Source: Flaccisagitta enflata (lineage: Eukaryota). Taken from it: a DNA stretch of 64,000 nt. The DNA lies in assembly GCA_965153355.1 (NCBI GenBank), contig OZ231126.1, positions 33,232,001 through 33,296,000 on the forward strand, in the 5' to 3' direction. Positions 1 to 15,746 of the stretch are shown here, piece after piece. A program made the position numbers and the translations under genes. The notes beneath the pieces were generated by a model. That model saw only the letters and a program-made list of their open reading frames with translations, was not told the origin of the DNA and ran no database searches. The number at the start of each line of letters is the position of its first letter. Position 1 is the stretch's first letter.

Positions 1-392
1 AAATCATCATTTTAGACACATCAACTAAAAGTCAAATTTTTCAACAGTAAATAACAACTGGTCATCATAAAATCTTTAGTTCTTCTTTAGGGATTGCAAT
101 TAAACAAAAATAACCTACAGTTGGGTAGGCTTAATGATTTTTTTATGTTTTTTTTTATTGTGGTTTTGAGTGTGACATTTGTGTGACATAAAAAAAAGGG
201 TGATTTTGGCCTAATTTCTGCTACATAGCCTATCAAAATTTAATATATGAAGGATATTAGCTAGGTACTGAATCCCAGGTAATGTGTTACAACAGCTTCT
301 ATCATTAAGAAAAAGGATTAGCACATTAAAAATGATTGTTTTGCCTGTTACATTATGAATTTCAGCTGGGCCGGTTTATTGTGGAAATGACC
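1..392. mobile_element. Partial TIR DNA element (runs off the window start); same family as 56546-57500 in opposite orientation
   Basis: 1-392 is a diverged reverse complement of ~56546-57091 once the HINE at 56742-56902 is removed; ends in the TIR GTTTATTGTGGAAATGACC. Confidence 0.75.
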
Positions 393-929
393 TTAAGTTA
401 TTTGATACCTATGAGCACATTAAAGAACTATGAATTTTCTTTAAATTGGGGCCAAGAACAAATTTCTTACTCAATTCATTCAATTTCTACGTTACAATGA
501 AAATAACCCATGAAAATCAGGTAGTATTGAATTTCCAAATTCTTGACCACCTGTCTTCATTCTTGTGCCATTTCTAAACAGATAGAGGTAGGACAACCAG
601 CAAGGTCTCATTTGAAAGATCTTTCACAGAGCTTCAAAATGGTCATAGATTTTGCTGTATTTTCCCCATCTCTTCAATGTTGAACACTACCAAACAAGTA
701 GTTTGCTTTTTTTTTGTTATGGTTATCCTGATTAAAGATGCAGGCTAGATATGGTCGTTTTCTTCAAACTTGCATGGTGGGCAAATTCAAAAGCGAAGGT
801 ACAAAAAATTGGTGACCTAAAAAAACTGCACTTCAAGATCTATTCAGATCTTTTTTCAGAATTGGATTAGCTTCTCTAGGAGAAAAGCTATGTCGATTCC
901 TAATCGGTCAAAAGAAAGCGTACACCCTG

Positions 930-1092
930 TACTTTAGCATGAATACATGGAAATGTGTTTCCATAGCAACCAACACCCATGGGCAATAAAGTATCCTTTT
1001 ATTAGTCTATATTCTGAATATAAATCTCTTCAGTATGTTTGTCTTCCTGTAATAAATTCCCCCGTATTTCCAAGTTTAGACGACATCTACTG
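930..1092. mobile_element. Half copy (one arm) of the palindromic CAGTAGAT MITE family
   Basis: Ends ...TTTCCAAGTTTAGACGACATCTACTG|TA, the reverse complement of the terminus at 53430; closely matches 54503-54640. Confidence 0.75.
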
Positions 1093-1659
1093 TAGCGTAT
1101 TTTGGATTCCTGATATAATTTCCTTTCATTTGATAGGTCGCACTGTATATTTTTATCTGGAAATTATCTTATTATTTTTTAAATGGTAGCTGAAAAAATT
1201 TTTTTGTTTTTTTTTATAAAAATATACAATGTGATCTATCAAATGAAAGGAATTTACATCAAGGATTCAAATATGCTATCAAAATTTTTTTTTCTACTTG
1301 CCCAGTAAATTCTGTATGCAAAATAGGATTTAAAATTGTTAAGCTTGCAATTTTTTTCAAAAAGTGCCAGATGAAATATTTTGAAATGATTGAATCTTGA
1401 TTCCTGCATGTTAGGACTGTACCGAACTAAAGAAAAACTTGCAGTTATCCAAGAAACGTCCTGGCGGTTCTCAAGATCCATAGTGCCCCCCCGCCCCAAG
1501 AAAATAACATTCTCAAAAGACGCACAATTTTTGGATGGTTTGCGGTACCCGATGCCCCTAAGCTAATGTATTATCTCGGAAATAGAAATGTTTCCACCTG
1601 AATATTAGGTTTGATATTGGAAGAAATAAAGCTACGATACTTAAATTGGTCTCATTTTA

Positions 1660-2184
1660 CAGTCAGTGGACAAAACAAAATAGGTAGAGAGCTCACTCTG
1701 TCGGCTTTGAGTTAACCTACTGTTATTAAACAGAATGCTGTAAACAACAACTGGTTGAAAAATTCACAGCCGGCTGTTATGCTACAAAGTCGGCAAAAAT
1801 TCAACCTAAATAAGATAAAATGTGACTAGCATATTGATAATCCAGATGCAATTCTGAGAAATTTGACATGTCACCTTTAGCACTTTTTGTAAGATACATT
1901 TTTTTAACATTGCATTATAATTAAATTAAACATTGATAAGGATTTCTATTTTCAAATGAAAATATATGTTGTGACATATCAAACTTCTCAGAATTTCAAC
2001 AGGATTATGAATCTGCTGGTCTCATTCTATTTAGTGAAAGTTGAATTTTTGCCAACTTTGTAACTTAACAGCCAGCTGTAATTTCAACAACCAGATATTG
2101 TTTACGGCATTCTGTTCACATCAGCGGGTTAGATCAAAGCCAACAGAGTGATTTCTCTACCTATTGTGTTTTGTCCACTGACTG
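1660..2184. mobile_element. Fold-back MITE, Tc1/mariner-like (~525 bp)
   Basis: TA|CAGTCAGTGGACAAAACAAAATAGGTAGAGA at left, TCTCTACCTATTGTGTTTTGTCCACTGACTG at right; imperfect inverted similarity continues inward for well over 100 bp. Right flank is TT, not TA. Confidence 0.8.
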
Positions 2185-2462
2185 TTTAAAGAGTCGTTTC
2201 GTTTTAACTCTTTCAAACACGACCAATCTGTGGTCTGTAAATTAATACAAGAGCAATACTCCAAAGATGATGGAAGATATCGCCGCCTATGAATCGTCAT
2301 TTTCTATGTTTTCCGGGGCAAACATTAAAGAATTACTCAACAGAAACTGTTGATCTCTTAAAAAAATTATAGAATACTATTTGACACAGGGTCGCCAATT
2401 ATAGGGTAATAAGACAAAGTTGATCAAAAATGTCAAGAAGCGCTCTGGGCCAAAAGTAACTA

Positions 2463-3225
2463 CCCTGCTTTCAATATCGAGTGTTACCAGCTAAACCTTT
2501 ATTGCGTCTAAAGTATATATTTTTGGAAATTCAGGTAGGATTTGCCAAAAAGCATATAACCTACCATTTGTTCATGCAAAATTTCAAAGGACTGGCTCAA
2601 GCCGTTTGGCTTCCACATGATTTTAAATGAAAATGAGATAAACCCCATTAGAGGATTTTTTAAAATATTGATTAACTGACACTGTGACATTGAATTATTG
2701 TCATTTCTAAACGAATCAAGCAAAAAAGGCCAGATTTGTCTTGAAAGAAGGATATTAGTCTCAGTTTATGTATCTCTGTAGAAAAAGACCAAATCTTTGA
2801 AATCTACGTGGAAAATCTGGGTTTTCCTTTGAATTTTTGAAGTTTGAGCAGGTTTCAAATAACAACAACTGTATTTCAGCGCCAAAATTCTTAAAGAATG
2901 GTGAAAAGCTAAAATGATACAAATTAAGTGTCAATTATTGACTATTCATGACTTATTTGGTCATTCCAGCTCATGATGCACAAAGTTTATAAGGGTTCAT
3001 ACATATAAAATCGCTCAAAAATGTGTTTTTTTGGCAAATTTTGCTCAAATTTTAACAAATTTCAAAAACATGTGGACGATAAACCGCTAGACCCAGCATG
3101 ACGAAATTTTGTATGAAATAATGGTAAGTTATGTGCTTTCAGACAAAACCAACCGGATTTTTAAAAAATAAATACTTTAGGCGCAATAAAGCTTTTGCTG
3201 GTAACACTCGATATTGAAAGCAGGG
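2463..3225. mobile_element. Non-autonomous TIR transposon, 763 bp, CCCTG termini
   Basis: Perfect TIR CCCTGCTTTCAATATCGAGTGTTACCAGC / GCTGGTAACACTCGATATTGAAAGCAGGG; TAACTA directly flanks both ends. Confidence 0.85.
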
Positions 3226-3739
3226 TAACTAGCATAAAATCATCTGTCTGCATGGCAGAATCTTTCCAGTGGAAGGCTGGATGGCGCAGTTCATATTGAA
3301 ACCGATGACTCTAACCTAATTTGCATATTGCCGTCAGAAAAGAAATTGTCCTAAATTGAACATAAGAAAAAATGAGCGAGAACGAAATGGCTAATGAGAA
3401 AAGGTCCTTTCTTTTACAACAAGTCGTTAAAAATTTCATCAATAAAGATCTATTAGAAATGCCGCTAACAATTTATTCATCGGTACATTCACCCGTGGAA
3501 ATATTCAAATAGGCTTTTGAATAAAAAAACACGCCCAGATCGTTGCGTTTTAATACCTACTTCTTACTTAGAAGATAAATTTTGCGCGCCGGCTGGGCTA
3601 ACTGCCTCTGACCGGCAGAGTAACTTACGCAGAAGTACCAACGAAGTGTATACCTGACGGGCATTCCCTCAAATTTGTATTGCCCGGAAGGTATGGAGGG
3701 AAAGACTAAGCGAGATGGGTGAGAGAGGCAGCGGCTCTG

Positions 3740-4250
3740 AAGGGACCGATGACCCATGCTTGGGCTGATGGGGAATCGTGAGATATCTTTTGGCTTAAGA
3801 CTATAATTTGGGCCACAAGGCTAAATTTGGGGCATTAAACTGTAATCCGGGCTCTGAGGCTGTGATTTGGATCATCAGGGTAGGATTCTGGTCAAGATTT
3901 GGGCCTGAATGCCGAAATTTGGGTTTTGGGGCTGTAATTGGAAGATTTTAGCTAAATATGGGCCTCCTTAATCAGAAGTCCTGATCAGGATTTTGGCTTC
4001 AAGGTTATTGATTTAACTATGCCTCATGATTGGGATTTGGGCCTTTAGGCTGGGATTAGGGCCTCAAGGCTGATGTTCGGGCCCAGGGCAGGAATTTGGG
4101 CGTAATTTTAGCCTCAAGGCAGGGTTTTGGACCTAAGGTTCGGATTTGAGCCTCTAGGCTGGGATTTGAGCCTCGAGGCAAGGGGGGGGGACGGACGAAC
4201 GCAGGAGGATGAAATATCTCATCCGTGAAAGCCGCTGCCACCCCCCCCCC
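3740..4250. mobile_element. Degenerate copy of the 21-bp-repeat palindromic family (see 46945-47444)
   Basis: GGGACCGATGACCCATGCTT start followed by decayed GGGATTTGGGCCT..AGGCT units. Confidence 0.55.
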
Positions 4251-4791
4251 AAAAAAAAGGGAAAAAAATCGAGACGTTGTTGGAAATGTCTGGGAAAGAA
4301 GAACGACGGCGTAGGGAAGTTGGGAATAAAGCACTTGTCTAAGACGTCATAACGGAAGACGCGAGGAAAAAAAAATGCCACGGAGGATAAAAAAAGATGG
4401 TGGCCGAATGCGAGAGGAAAAAAAACGATAGCGCGAGACATAAAAGAAATAAAAAGACAGCAGCAACAACATGGAATACGTCAGAACAAAAGATCAACAA
4501 TTTAGGACGTATCTTAAACTGGATGCTTGCAAGAGTGTACGAATTAGTGAACGATCAAATGAATTCTTTTTTTGCGATGCTTTTAGAAATAATCATGCTA
4601 GCTGTACAACATTGCCAGATGAAAAAAAAAAAGAAAAAAAATTTAAGGGATATAGAGATAATTTGGTCATCAGACGGGTGCAGTGATGCAAACATTATCA
4701 TCGCAGGCGGGTGAGCAGTGGCGTTAAACCCCCCCCCCCCCACACACACACACATAAGTGACAGGATAAAAGGCTTTTTTCCCTTTAGCAG

Positions 4792-4960
4792 TTTTTAGTC
4801 GACTCTATAAGCCACTTATCGGTTCGTCAGTCCGTCCGTCCGTCCATCCGTCCACCCGTCGTTGCGTCACAAAACTGTTTTTCAAGGTTTTCTGCTCCTG
4901 GCCACCCGTCCGCGACTAATGCTGACGGCCTTGTGTACGGTCTTGTGTACGGCCTTGTTT
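4792..4960 (+). mobile_element. HINE/DINE-1-like non-autonomous Helentron
   Basis: TTTTTAGTCGACTCTATAAG (collapsed 5' palindrome), (GTCC)n, 3' subTIR CCGCGACT, ends GGCCTTGTT. Confidence 0.7.
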
Positions 4961-5066
4961 CAAATTTGAATCATCTCTTCTTTCTCTTTTCTCTGCTTCG
5001 CAGTTTCAGTTGAGGCCACTGACTTGTAGGGAAGACATGCGGTATGAAAATCATTATTACATGTCC

Positions 5067-5590
<524 letters not shown>

Positions 5591-6140
5591 AATAGACCGA
5601 GGGATACATGGACACTAATACAGACAAACATGGGAAATCAGTAAAAAGAAGACGAGGGGGAATTTCCCTTATGATTTATGCAGATCTACAGCAATAAGTC
5701 AAACCGATGCTGCTAATTTTAACGGACACCAGCCAGCCGAGATTTTAACGGGTAACAGACCGATATCATTATTATTTGAATTGATATCATTCTGGGTTCC
5801 AGACGATGAAATCGTCGCTCGTCGTCAACATCGACCCAGTTACGGACATAAAAATGGTGAGACTACTAAGCGGATAAAAAAAAATAATAATAAAAAAATC
5901 AACAAAATAAAATGCTTATAATGCTTCTCTTTATAGGGCTTTAGCTTAATAAAAACAGTTCATATTGGTTTTTTCATACATATTTCAACCATTTATGAAT
6001 ACTATCTATTCATTAAATAAGTTCGTTTTTTCCTCCATTCGCGTAGTTGAGAGGGAATGACCGGTATGGAACTTTTCTCTTGGATTAGCAATCGTCGATG
6101 CCACTGCACAGCCGTCGCTCCAACGTGGTTACTTATACAT

Positions 6141-6421
6141 AACAAGCCCGATCAGGCAACGATGCGTCCTGACTGTATCTCGGTGCGTAGTGACTTGGGC
6201 ACTAGATTTGGTTTGACTGACAGATGAAAAGACTTATTATCAGATCAAAAGAGGCTCTCAGAACATGTTTGACTTGATCCTTGACATCCTCGCGGCTGAA
6301 AAGGGCCGAAAACTGCGATTTTCAAGGAGGCGTAACGGACCGACGGACGGACGGACGGACGGACGGACGGAAAGACGGACGGACAGACCCTCTTATAGAG
6401 ATGCGAGGACGCATCTAAAAA
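6141..6421 (-). mobile_element. HINE-like element, AGATGCGTCCT subfamily
   Basis: On - strand: TTTTTAGATGCGTCCTCGCATCTCTATAAG, (GTCC)n, 3' subTIR AGGACGCATC, short hairpin, CTTGTT end. Confidence 0.8.
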
Positions 6422-6647
6422 GGGTCACCACTCAGGAGACCAACTCAGTTGTGTTTGCTCTCGGGAACAATGATTGCAATCATCAGTTATTTTGGTGAAG
6501 GAACTCCTTTTGAACAGTTTCATTAGTACACAGAGATCACACGGCGAAAAAAAGTATCGGAACGTCTTTATCCGTCATATATTCACAACATTGGCATTTA
6601 CCTTGCGACGTTGAGAGTACTTACTGATATTCAAGTTTCTGTTTTAG

Positions 6648-6762
6648 TTTTTAGGTGCGACAAAGCACCTCTATAACTGGCTGTGTCCGTCTGTTGGTCG
6701 GTCTGTAACGCATTCGTTCGACGATCCACACGTCGCACCTTATTGGCCTACTTGGCCTTGTT
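6648..6762 (+). mobile_element. Minimal HINE-like element (115 bp), AGGTGCGAC subfamily
   Basis: TTTTTAGGTGCGACAAAGCACCTCTATAA ... GTCGCACCT-TATT-GGCC-TACTT-GGCC-TTGTT. Confidence 0.8.
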
Positions 6763-7769
6763 CTCGAAAAATGATTATAGATTACTTGATTCAGATCTAT
6801 TCGTGATGGAACAGTGAATGAAAGATCAGGCCCAATTTAGTGGCTTACTGGCTCAAAGAACAGAGAAGTTTCCGAAAAGAACTTTCAATGACGCGTTTTT
6901 GATTGACTTGTGCTCGCCCCAAGCCCAATCATTGTAATTCTAATTGATCTCTACACCATTTTCTATTTGATTTTTTTTGTTCTGCTACATTTCTGTGTGA
7001 AAAAAAAAACGATCATAAATCCATTGGGACCTATCATAACGCAAGATAGCAAACGCTGAAACGGTCTTTTTGGGCAGCGGTCCCAAAGAGGTCGATGACC
7101 TATGCTTCCACACTTATCGGGAATTAACTCCTTGTCCTCCTTCTCCATCCCTCCCTCTCTGGCTTCAGCGAGAAGATGGAGGAGCAAATTCCTCATATGA
7201 CGCAGTGTACGGGAAGAAGAAATTTCATGCGTCATTACAATTTTTCAAATATTTTTTATATTATTTTTTTCAATTTCTTTTATTAGAAAAACATTTTTTA
7301 AATGTTGAACAATACATTTTTGCATAGATAATCTCTGATATACAGATTTATTGTACATAAAGAATTGAAAAAAGGTGGAAAAAAGAAGATTTTTTACAGA
7401 AAATTATACTTTATTATCTCACTTCAATTAGGTGAAATTATATCATTGCATAGAAATAAAGAAATTTGCATTTCTAAGCACATGGCCTTTTTCTTAAACA
7501 TATAAGAACATATAAGAAAAGGGCCACGCTCACCACATATTTAAATATTTGTTTACTGGAATCGAATCCACGGTTTTTGGACTGAAGTCAATTTAGTTGG
7601 TGATTTTTCGCTCAATTTGTAGTAAGGGCATTCTCCTAAGGATAAAACATTTCCCTAATAGTTAAGTGTAGAGTGATAGTGCTTAGGAGTCATATTGAGT
7701 CGATGTGCATTTGAGCAGGAATGAGATTGAGGCAAGACTGTGGTGAGAAGGTAAAAAAGTACAAAATTC

Positions 7770-8055
7770 TTTTCATGTGCACCTTCCCACATCTATAAGA
7801 GTTCATGTCTGTCCATTGGTCCATTGGTTGGTTGGTCTATCAGGTTGTTGGTCTATCACATGTTAAAATCACATATGCCGATTACGGCTTCTTTTATTCT
7901 GTCACCTCTCTTGCCTCCCCACATTCACTTTCACTCTGTCGTTCATTCATTCATTCATTCATTCATTCATTCATTCATTCATTCATTCATTCATTCATTC
8001 GTTCATTCATTCATTCACTTGTTGTTATTCAACGAGGCACGCATATTGGCCATAA
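7770..8055 (+). mobile_element. Degenerate HINE-like element containing a (TTCA)n tract
   Basis: CATCTATAAGAG...GTCCATTGGTCCATTGGTTGGTTGGTC, (TTCA)n at ~7941-8016, decayed 3' end GCACGCATATTGGCC. Confidence 0.5.
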
Positions 8056-8671
8056 CCTGATCTCTATTTTAATTGCGCCAGTGTCAAAGTGTTTTAGATT
8101 CTGTCAGTTTGAACGGAAAACACAAAAAAAAGAAAGAAAAAATCTGACCACGAATATTATCTTCTATTCAATATCTGCGGTATGCGACATTCACAGACTT
8201 CAGTTTAAACAATGTGGACCGACTAAGATTCATTCTAATACGTCATATGGTGAGCGTGGGGCCATGTTCTTAGAAATGCAAAATTTTTCTTTTCTGAGAT
8301 CATGATATAATTTCACCCAACAACATTTTGAAATTTTGTTTACAATTTTTTTAGGAATTCCAACATTGAATTTTTATTTCTGATCGTCATGAAACAATAG
8401 TCAGTATTCTGGGTTTAAAAACATATGTAAAACACTTTATAGATTATATAATAGATATAAAACTGAAATCTTAACGATGTTTTTTTATTATAAATCCATA
8501 TCAAAAGCAAAAAGTAAAATGAAACCAAAATTTCCTGTTCCTGTACACCATGACCTATGTATGAAAGTATAGGGCATCAAGTATAGGGCATCAAGTATAG
8601 GGCATCAAGCCATCAACTCCTTTTGGGCCACTGCCCTGCTCCCTCTCTCAACATCTATCCCAATCCAATTA

Positions 8672-9000
8672 CCATATTTCTCCTAATCAGCGCCCTTTCC
8701 CCCTAATTAGCGCCCCATCTGATATGTAAAGAAAAATCTTCCACATACACAAAAATTTCCAAGGTTTTTGCACTTTTATTAGGAAATAGATCATCAAAGC
8801 TCATTAATCAAGGATTAAAATGAGTTTCTTTCTTGACTGTTTATTTTTTCTCTTTCTCTCTCATTTCCTCTTTGATTCTATTGGACCTTAAAAATGATAA
8901 GATCGATAGTAATTGAGAGGGCGCTTATTGGGGAGGTAAAAGAGCAACATCAAATACTGATTTTGTAACCGCCCCGGGGCGCTGATTAGGAGAAATATGG
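8672..9000. mobile_element. MITE, pogo/Tc2-like, 329 bp, TA TSD
   Basis: TA|CCATATTTCTCCTAATCAGCGCCC ... GGGCGCTGATTAGGAGAAATATGG|TA, perfect 24-bp TIR with subterminal GCGCCC repeats. Confidence 0.9.
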
Positions 9001-9262
9001 TAAGCAGGGCGCAGAATACCGCTGACCCTCTAACGCTTTTGTGACCATTTCTAACCATTTCAAGGAATTCAGTAAAGTCTACTTTCTTACTCATTTTATA
9101 AGTCATCAAAATGCATAGAAATAGGCGAATGTGCGTTTGTCGGTGCCGTCGACCGCGTGGAAAGCGCCCCATGTACGTCAACGACTCCCTGGGAAAAGCG
9201 GGCACTCCCCTCTCTAGTGAGCTGAGACTAGACAACATTGATCAAGGCTTTGCAAGGAGGGA

Positions 9263-9917
<655 letters not shown>

Positions 9918-10131
9918 CAAACACAGCAAACAAACATTCGGGTTTGCTATGCCTATGAAATAAGACAGCGATACAGACAATCAAAGAAAAAGACAGAGGA
10001 GGCGTCGCCCCATAAAAGTGAGAGCGTCAGACAGACGTCACGTTGGGAAAAAGGCTGGGTTAAGGCAACCCCCGAGACAAAAAAGAGTTCACCGCACTTT
10101 AACAACAATCTTTATGCCTATTTCCTGTCCC

Positions 10132-10472
10132 ACTTTTCGGCAGCAACCCCAAAGAAGTGATGACCCTTGCTTTCACACATAGGGGAATTTCCCCTCCTCC
10201 TTGGTGTTTCCAACTCCTTTCAATCTTAAGTCCGGGCCTCGTGGCACAAATCCCATTAAGGCATTATCCCAGTCTCGAGACTCGATTTTCAGCTTTGAGG
10301 CTCAAACACACACCTTGAGGCTGGGGTTTGACCCTTTAGGCCAAAATACCAACCTTAACGCTCACAAGTCAACAACTTTTTCGAGGCTGTTGCCCCTCTA
10401 ACCATCAAATCTTCATAAACACTAGTCTTGGGGCATCGGGTACTGTAGACCATCTGATGCTTTTGCGACTTT
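10132..10472 (+). mobile_element. Degenerate copy of the GGGCAGCGGCCCC family (see 46945-47444)
   Basis: GGCAGCAACCCCAAAG...GCTTTCACACATAGGGGAATTT start; GGGTACTGTAGACCATCTGATGCTTTTGCGACT end matches 47408-47440. Confidence 0.7.
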
Positions 10473-10829
10473 TTCTTTTCAATTTCCCATGTTTTCATAC
10501 GTGAACTTTACACGCGCTTTCACATTGTAGACGTTAATTGGAATCATTAGATAAATCAGCCTATAAATAAAATCTATTCAAAACACAAATTGAATCGATT
10601 GCAATTTGCAATCAATTTGAAAAGAAGGAAAGAAAAATCGCAGTCTTGTCCGCGGGGGGTTTCAGTATTCGCGTGTGGGGTAGTCTTGCGACTGCCGCCA
10701 AAAGATGTCCGTCTCTCAGCGCCGCTTTTGGACAGAAAAGGCCTTGATTTTGCAGGAAAACTAAAAATATGTATATGGAATATGGAAAAAAAGAGGTTCG
10801 AAAATGAAATGATGCCAGCGCTTCGAGGA

Positions 10830-11353
10830 TGTTACAATCGGGTGTGTCAATATGCAAAAGGTTTTTTGATGAGACCATCAACATCAGACAGCATGATATA
10901 TTAAATTCTAAGACCTTCAACGTTTTTCTTTTATCAAATTTCATTCATCTTCCATTTTTTTCAAAACCCCTTTTTATATGGTAATTTGTATATTGCTGCG
11001 TTGATGATTTTCTATCAGTATCATTGTTACTGAACTTAATCAGATTCAACACATGAATATCTTGGCGGTAATTTAAGTTGCAACAAAGTAATGGTTGTTT
11101 ATTTATCACCAAAATTGTATAAAGAGAAAATAACCAGTTTTTTCTGTAGATGTTATGAGTCCCATTTTCACCAAAACTCAATGCAGATGCTGGAAGTCTA
11201 CATATTTTTGACAATTTTTTCTTGCGCTAAAAAAATGTAAGATGATGGATATTTGAAAAAATAAAAAAGTTTTCGAATTCTTTTATTTACACTCTCTGAT
11301 GTCGCTGATCTAATCAAACATACTTTTGCATATTGACACACACGAATGTTACA
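10830..11353. mobile_element. Old TIR element/MITE (~525 bp)
   Basis: ~60-bp imperfect inverted repeats: TGTTACAATCGGGTGTGTCAATATGCAAAAG at left, CTTTTGCATATTGACACACACGAATGTTACA at right; no clear TSD. Confidence 0.65.
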
Positions 11354-11697
11354 ATTAAATAATGTAAGAACAACATCATGATAAAATAGATGGTTCATTT
11401 AGGAATGGTAATGTCCATGCGCAGAAATGGAAGAAATTATCCAGAATTTTCGTATTCTTATGCGACCGCTGTTTGGACAGTACATCACAAAGTTGAATTC
11501 CAAACCGACTGTCTTCGTTAGAGCTGCATCTTCAAGGTCAACGGGTACTTTTTTTTTACCTGCAACCTGTGATAGGAAGCTCGTGTAAAAACATTGGCAA
11601 CGTGACACGTTCTTCGCCTCTTCAACCTTACTTGACTTGTTTGCTCTTTGCAACGCCGAAGGAAAAGGAAAGAAAAAAAGCAAGATGCTGGAAGAAC

Positions 11698-12442
<745 letters not shown>

Positions 12443-12638
12443 AAGAAAACAAAAAGGGGGAAAATCATAAAGAAAATGCACCGACTAAGTTTGAGTTCCA
12501 CTGCCGAAACGCCCATTACATGTTAAGAAAAACACACAAAATGGCTCTGCTTTGTGAGAAAAAAAAAATAACAAAGGAAAAGTAATTGGAAAAAAAAATT
12601 GAAGTGAAAGCAAATTTATGAAGTAGGGGGAAACAGAG

Positions 12639-12735
<97 letters not shown>

Positions 12736-12809
12736 GAGACAATGAAAGAACGACTGGAAAGGGCAGGAATGAAGACATAAAGACGGGAAAAGTAAAAAGG
12801 AACCACATG

Positions 12810-14345
12810 ACTATGGCAACAAAAAAAAACGAACAGTTACTTCTTTTGCTCATAAATCCTTTGAAAATTCACCCAGTGTGTTGAAATTACTGAAGTTACC
12901 TTTTAGTATCATTAAGCATCACTGAAAAAATCAATGACCTGCTCTAAATATTTTTTGAATCATAGATTTTTTAAAAGTGATTGTCAGATGATCAGAAATT
13001 CAATGCACACACACAAGAATTTACAAAAAATGAATAAACAAACTTAAAAAAAAACATACTAAATCTAGTACGATTTTGATGAAATTTGAAGTGGAAGTAG
13101 GCCACATTGTTAGCAGGCTGTGGTAGAAATTTCATTACAAAACTCCGATTATTTTAGCAGAAACAGCATGTTTTCTAAAACTTTTTTTATGGTTTTAAGA
13201 ATATAGTAAAAGAAGATAAAATCTGAAATATAAATCAATGCTAAGGCCATAGTTTTTTACCAATTATTATGATTTTTTAACTGGGAACTTTTGTACATAT
13301 GGTTCATCTCCAGTAAAATTTTTGTGAAGATTGAAGCATTTTTAGTCCCCCAAATCGCAAAAATATTCTAACCGGTAGCAGAATATTTCTTATCCTGAGC
13401 AAGCTTACTATCAACCAATATCTACCCCACTAGACTTTATCTGAGTAGAAGCGAATTTTGCCTAGCATTAGTAAATAGCATCATTAGACTACAGTTCAAA
13501 AATCATGACAAAACTCCCAAAACTTTTTCCACAACGCCAATTTTACTAAAGATTGTATTATTTTGATTTAGGATAAACATCATCTCTGGCAGTCCAAAAA
13601 AGAGGTGACTTCAGTAAAAACATGATAACGGCTAAAGTTTTCAACGGATTTTGATGAAATTTTAACCAGACACAGTTCAAATCATGGCTATCAATCACTG
13701 TAGATTTTAACATGTAAAAGTTACCCCGATATATTTCGTGCATCACGCACTTTTTCAAGGGTTTTAGCCTGAGAACAACAAATTTTTCAATCATATCAGA
13801 TCACATAACAACATGTGTCGTACCCCATTTCATCTCACCCCACCAGTGTCTTCACCTTTAAAAACTTCCAATATCAGAATTTCTTGTGTTGCAATCAAAA
13901 AACGAATGATGAGCTGTACTAGGTAAGCACTAAAAATAGTCCCCTCTTTTAGAAGTAATGGCCCCTTTCTACACCTGGGTAAATTTACACATGCAGTATT
14001 TGGTAAATTTTATGCAAATTGGTCAACATATTCATTAGAGAAATCAGAAGCCACTCTTAAAAAGGTTGGTCTAAACAAGCAAGTTATCAACTTTGCTCTC
14101 ATACAAGGTTCAACTATACAGATTAAATCATTGATTAATTTCTGTTTTCGTAACAGAGCTGAAAAAAACATCGACCGCCAAAGTAATCATGGAGAAAGAA
14201 GAGAACAATTGACGGTTTTTTGTTTGTCCAGGTTGGATGCATATTTTCTGACTATTATTGCGGGAATTGAAAACACTGAAAGAGAGGCTTCTGATTTCTC
14301 TAATGCCATACGTTTTTGCTCTCTCGGTTTTTTTTTTACCATAGT
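12810..14345. mobile_element. Non-autonomous TIR DNA transposon (~1.5 kb), ACTATGG termini
   Basis: Left ACTATGGCAACAAAAAAAAACGAACA, right TCGGTTTTTTTTTTACCATAGT; first ~890 bp align in reverse complement to 51930-52824. Confidence 0.8.
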
Positions 14346-14448
14346 TACAGACTGAAAGAGAAATACTAACCAAGAAATACAGAAAATATGGCGGAAAAAA
14401 AGACAGACAGATAGAAAGAGAGGCAGGACTGAAGGTCAGATAGTCAGG

Positions 14449-14990
<542 letters not shown>

Positions 14991-15746
14991 AAGTGTCGAG
15001 ATTTCTTTGTTGTCTGGGTTGAACTGGTCTAGACCATGAGACGCCCGCTATTCACGGGAGAAAGACGAAGATGACAGGCAAAAAAAAAAAAAAAAAAAAA
15101 GAGTATCGGTTGGTCAACGATGCGAAATTTGACAAGTACTTTGTTTCTCGGTGAAGGGGATTAGGGCACTGTGCGGTGTAGCTATTTGGTGTTTACCAAT
15201 GCAGCAAGTAGTTACCCAACCCCAGACACTAATAAAACTTGGGTGGGTTGCCCAATTTTTTCGCCTGATCTGCTCATTATTTCAATAATTCAAAAGAAAT
15301 CAGAAAGGAAATGAAAGATGAGTATTCTCTATTCAACACATAAAAAGACGCAGAACAAAAAGTCAATCGACAGAAAGTAGTTGGGTCAGGAGTCATACAA
15401 GTAACAAGATATTTCTTCCTTAAAGCCAGCCACTGGACATCAAAAACAAACAAAAAAGCAAATCACGCGCTCTCCATCGGGACGAAACGACCAAATAAGG
15501 CCTTGTACATAATCTCTTGCGCGCTTCTGATTCAAACAAAGAAATTGAAAAACAAACCAAAGACACAATTCTCCATCAAGACAACAACAATTGGGTAGAA
15601 GCCAAAAGAAAGAGGTTTGTTTGACGTTTTTCGGTTAACTTTCCTCAAGCAAACTGTTGGAGATCAGAAAAAAAGAAGACATCTCAATTCCGACTTGTAG
15701 ACATAAAGGTAAAGTAACAAAATTACAAAAAAAAAACCTCACAAAT

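Noticed and set aside
11403-11660. Coding-looking unique block beside the GAAA tract
   Set aside because: No frame gives a recognisable protein, and splice signals are not convincing on either strand.
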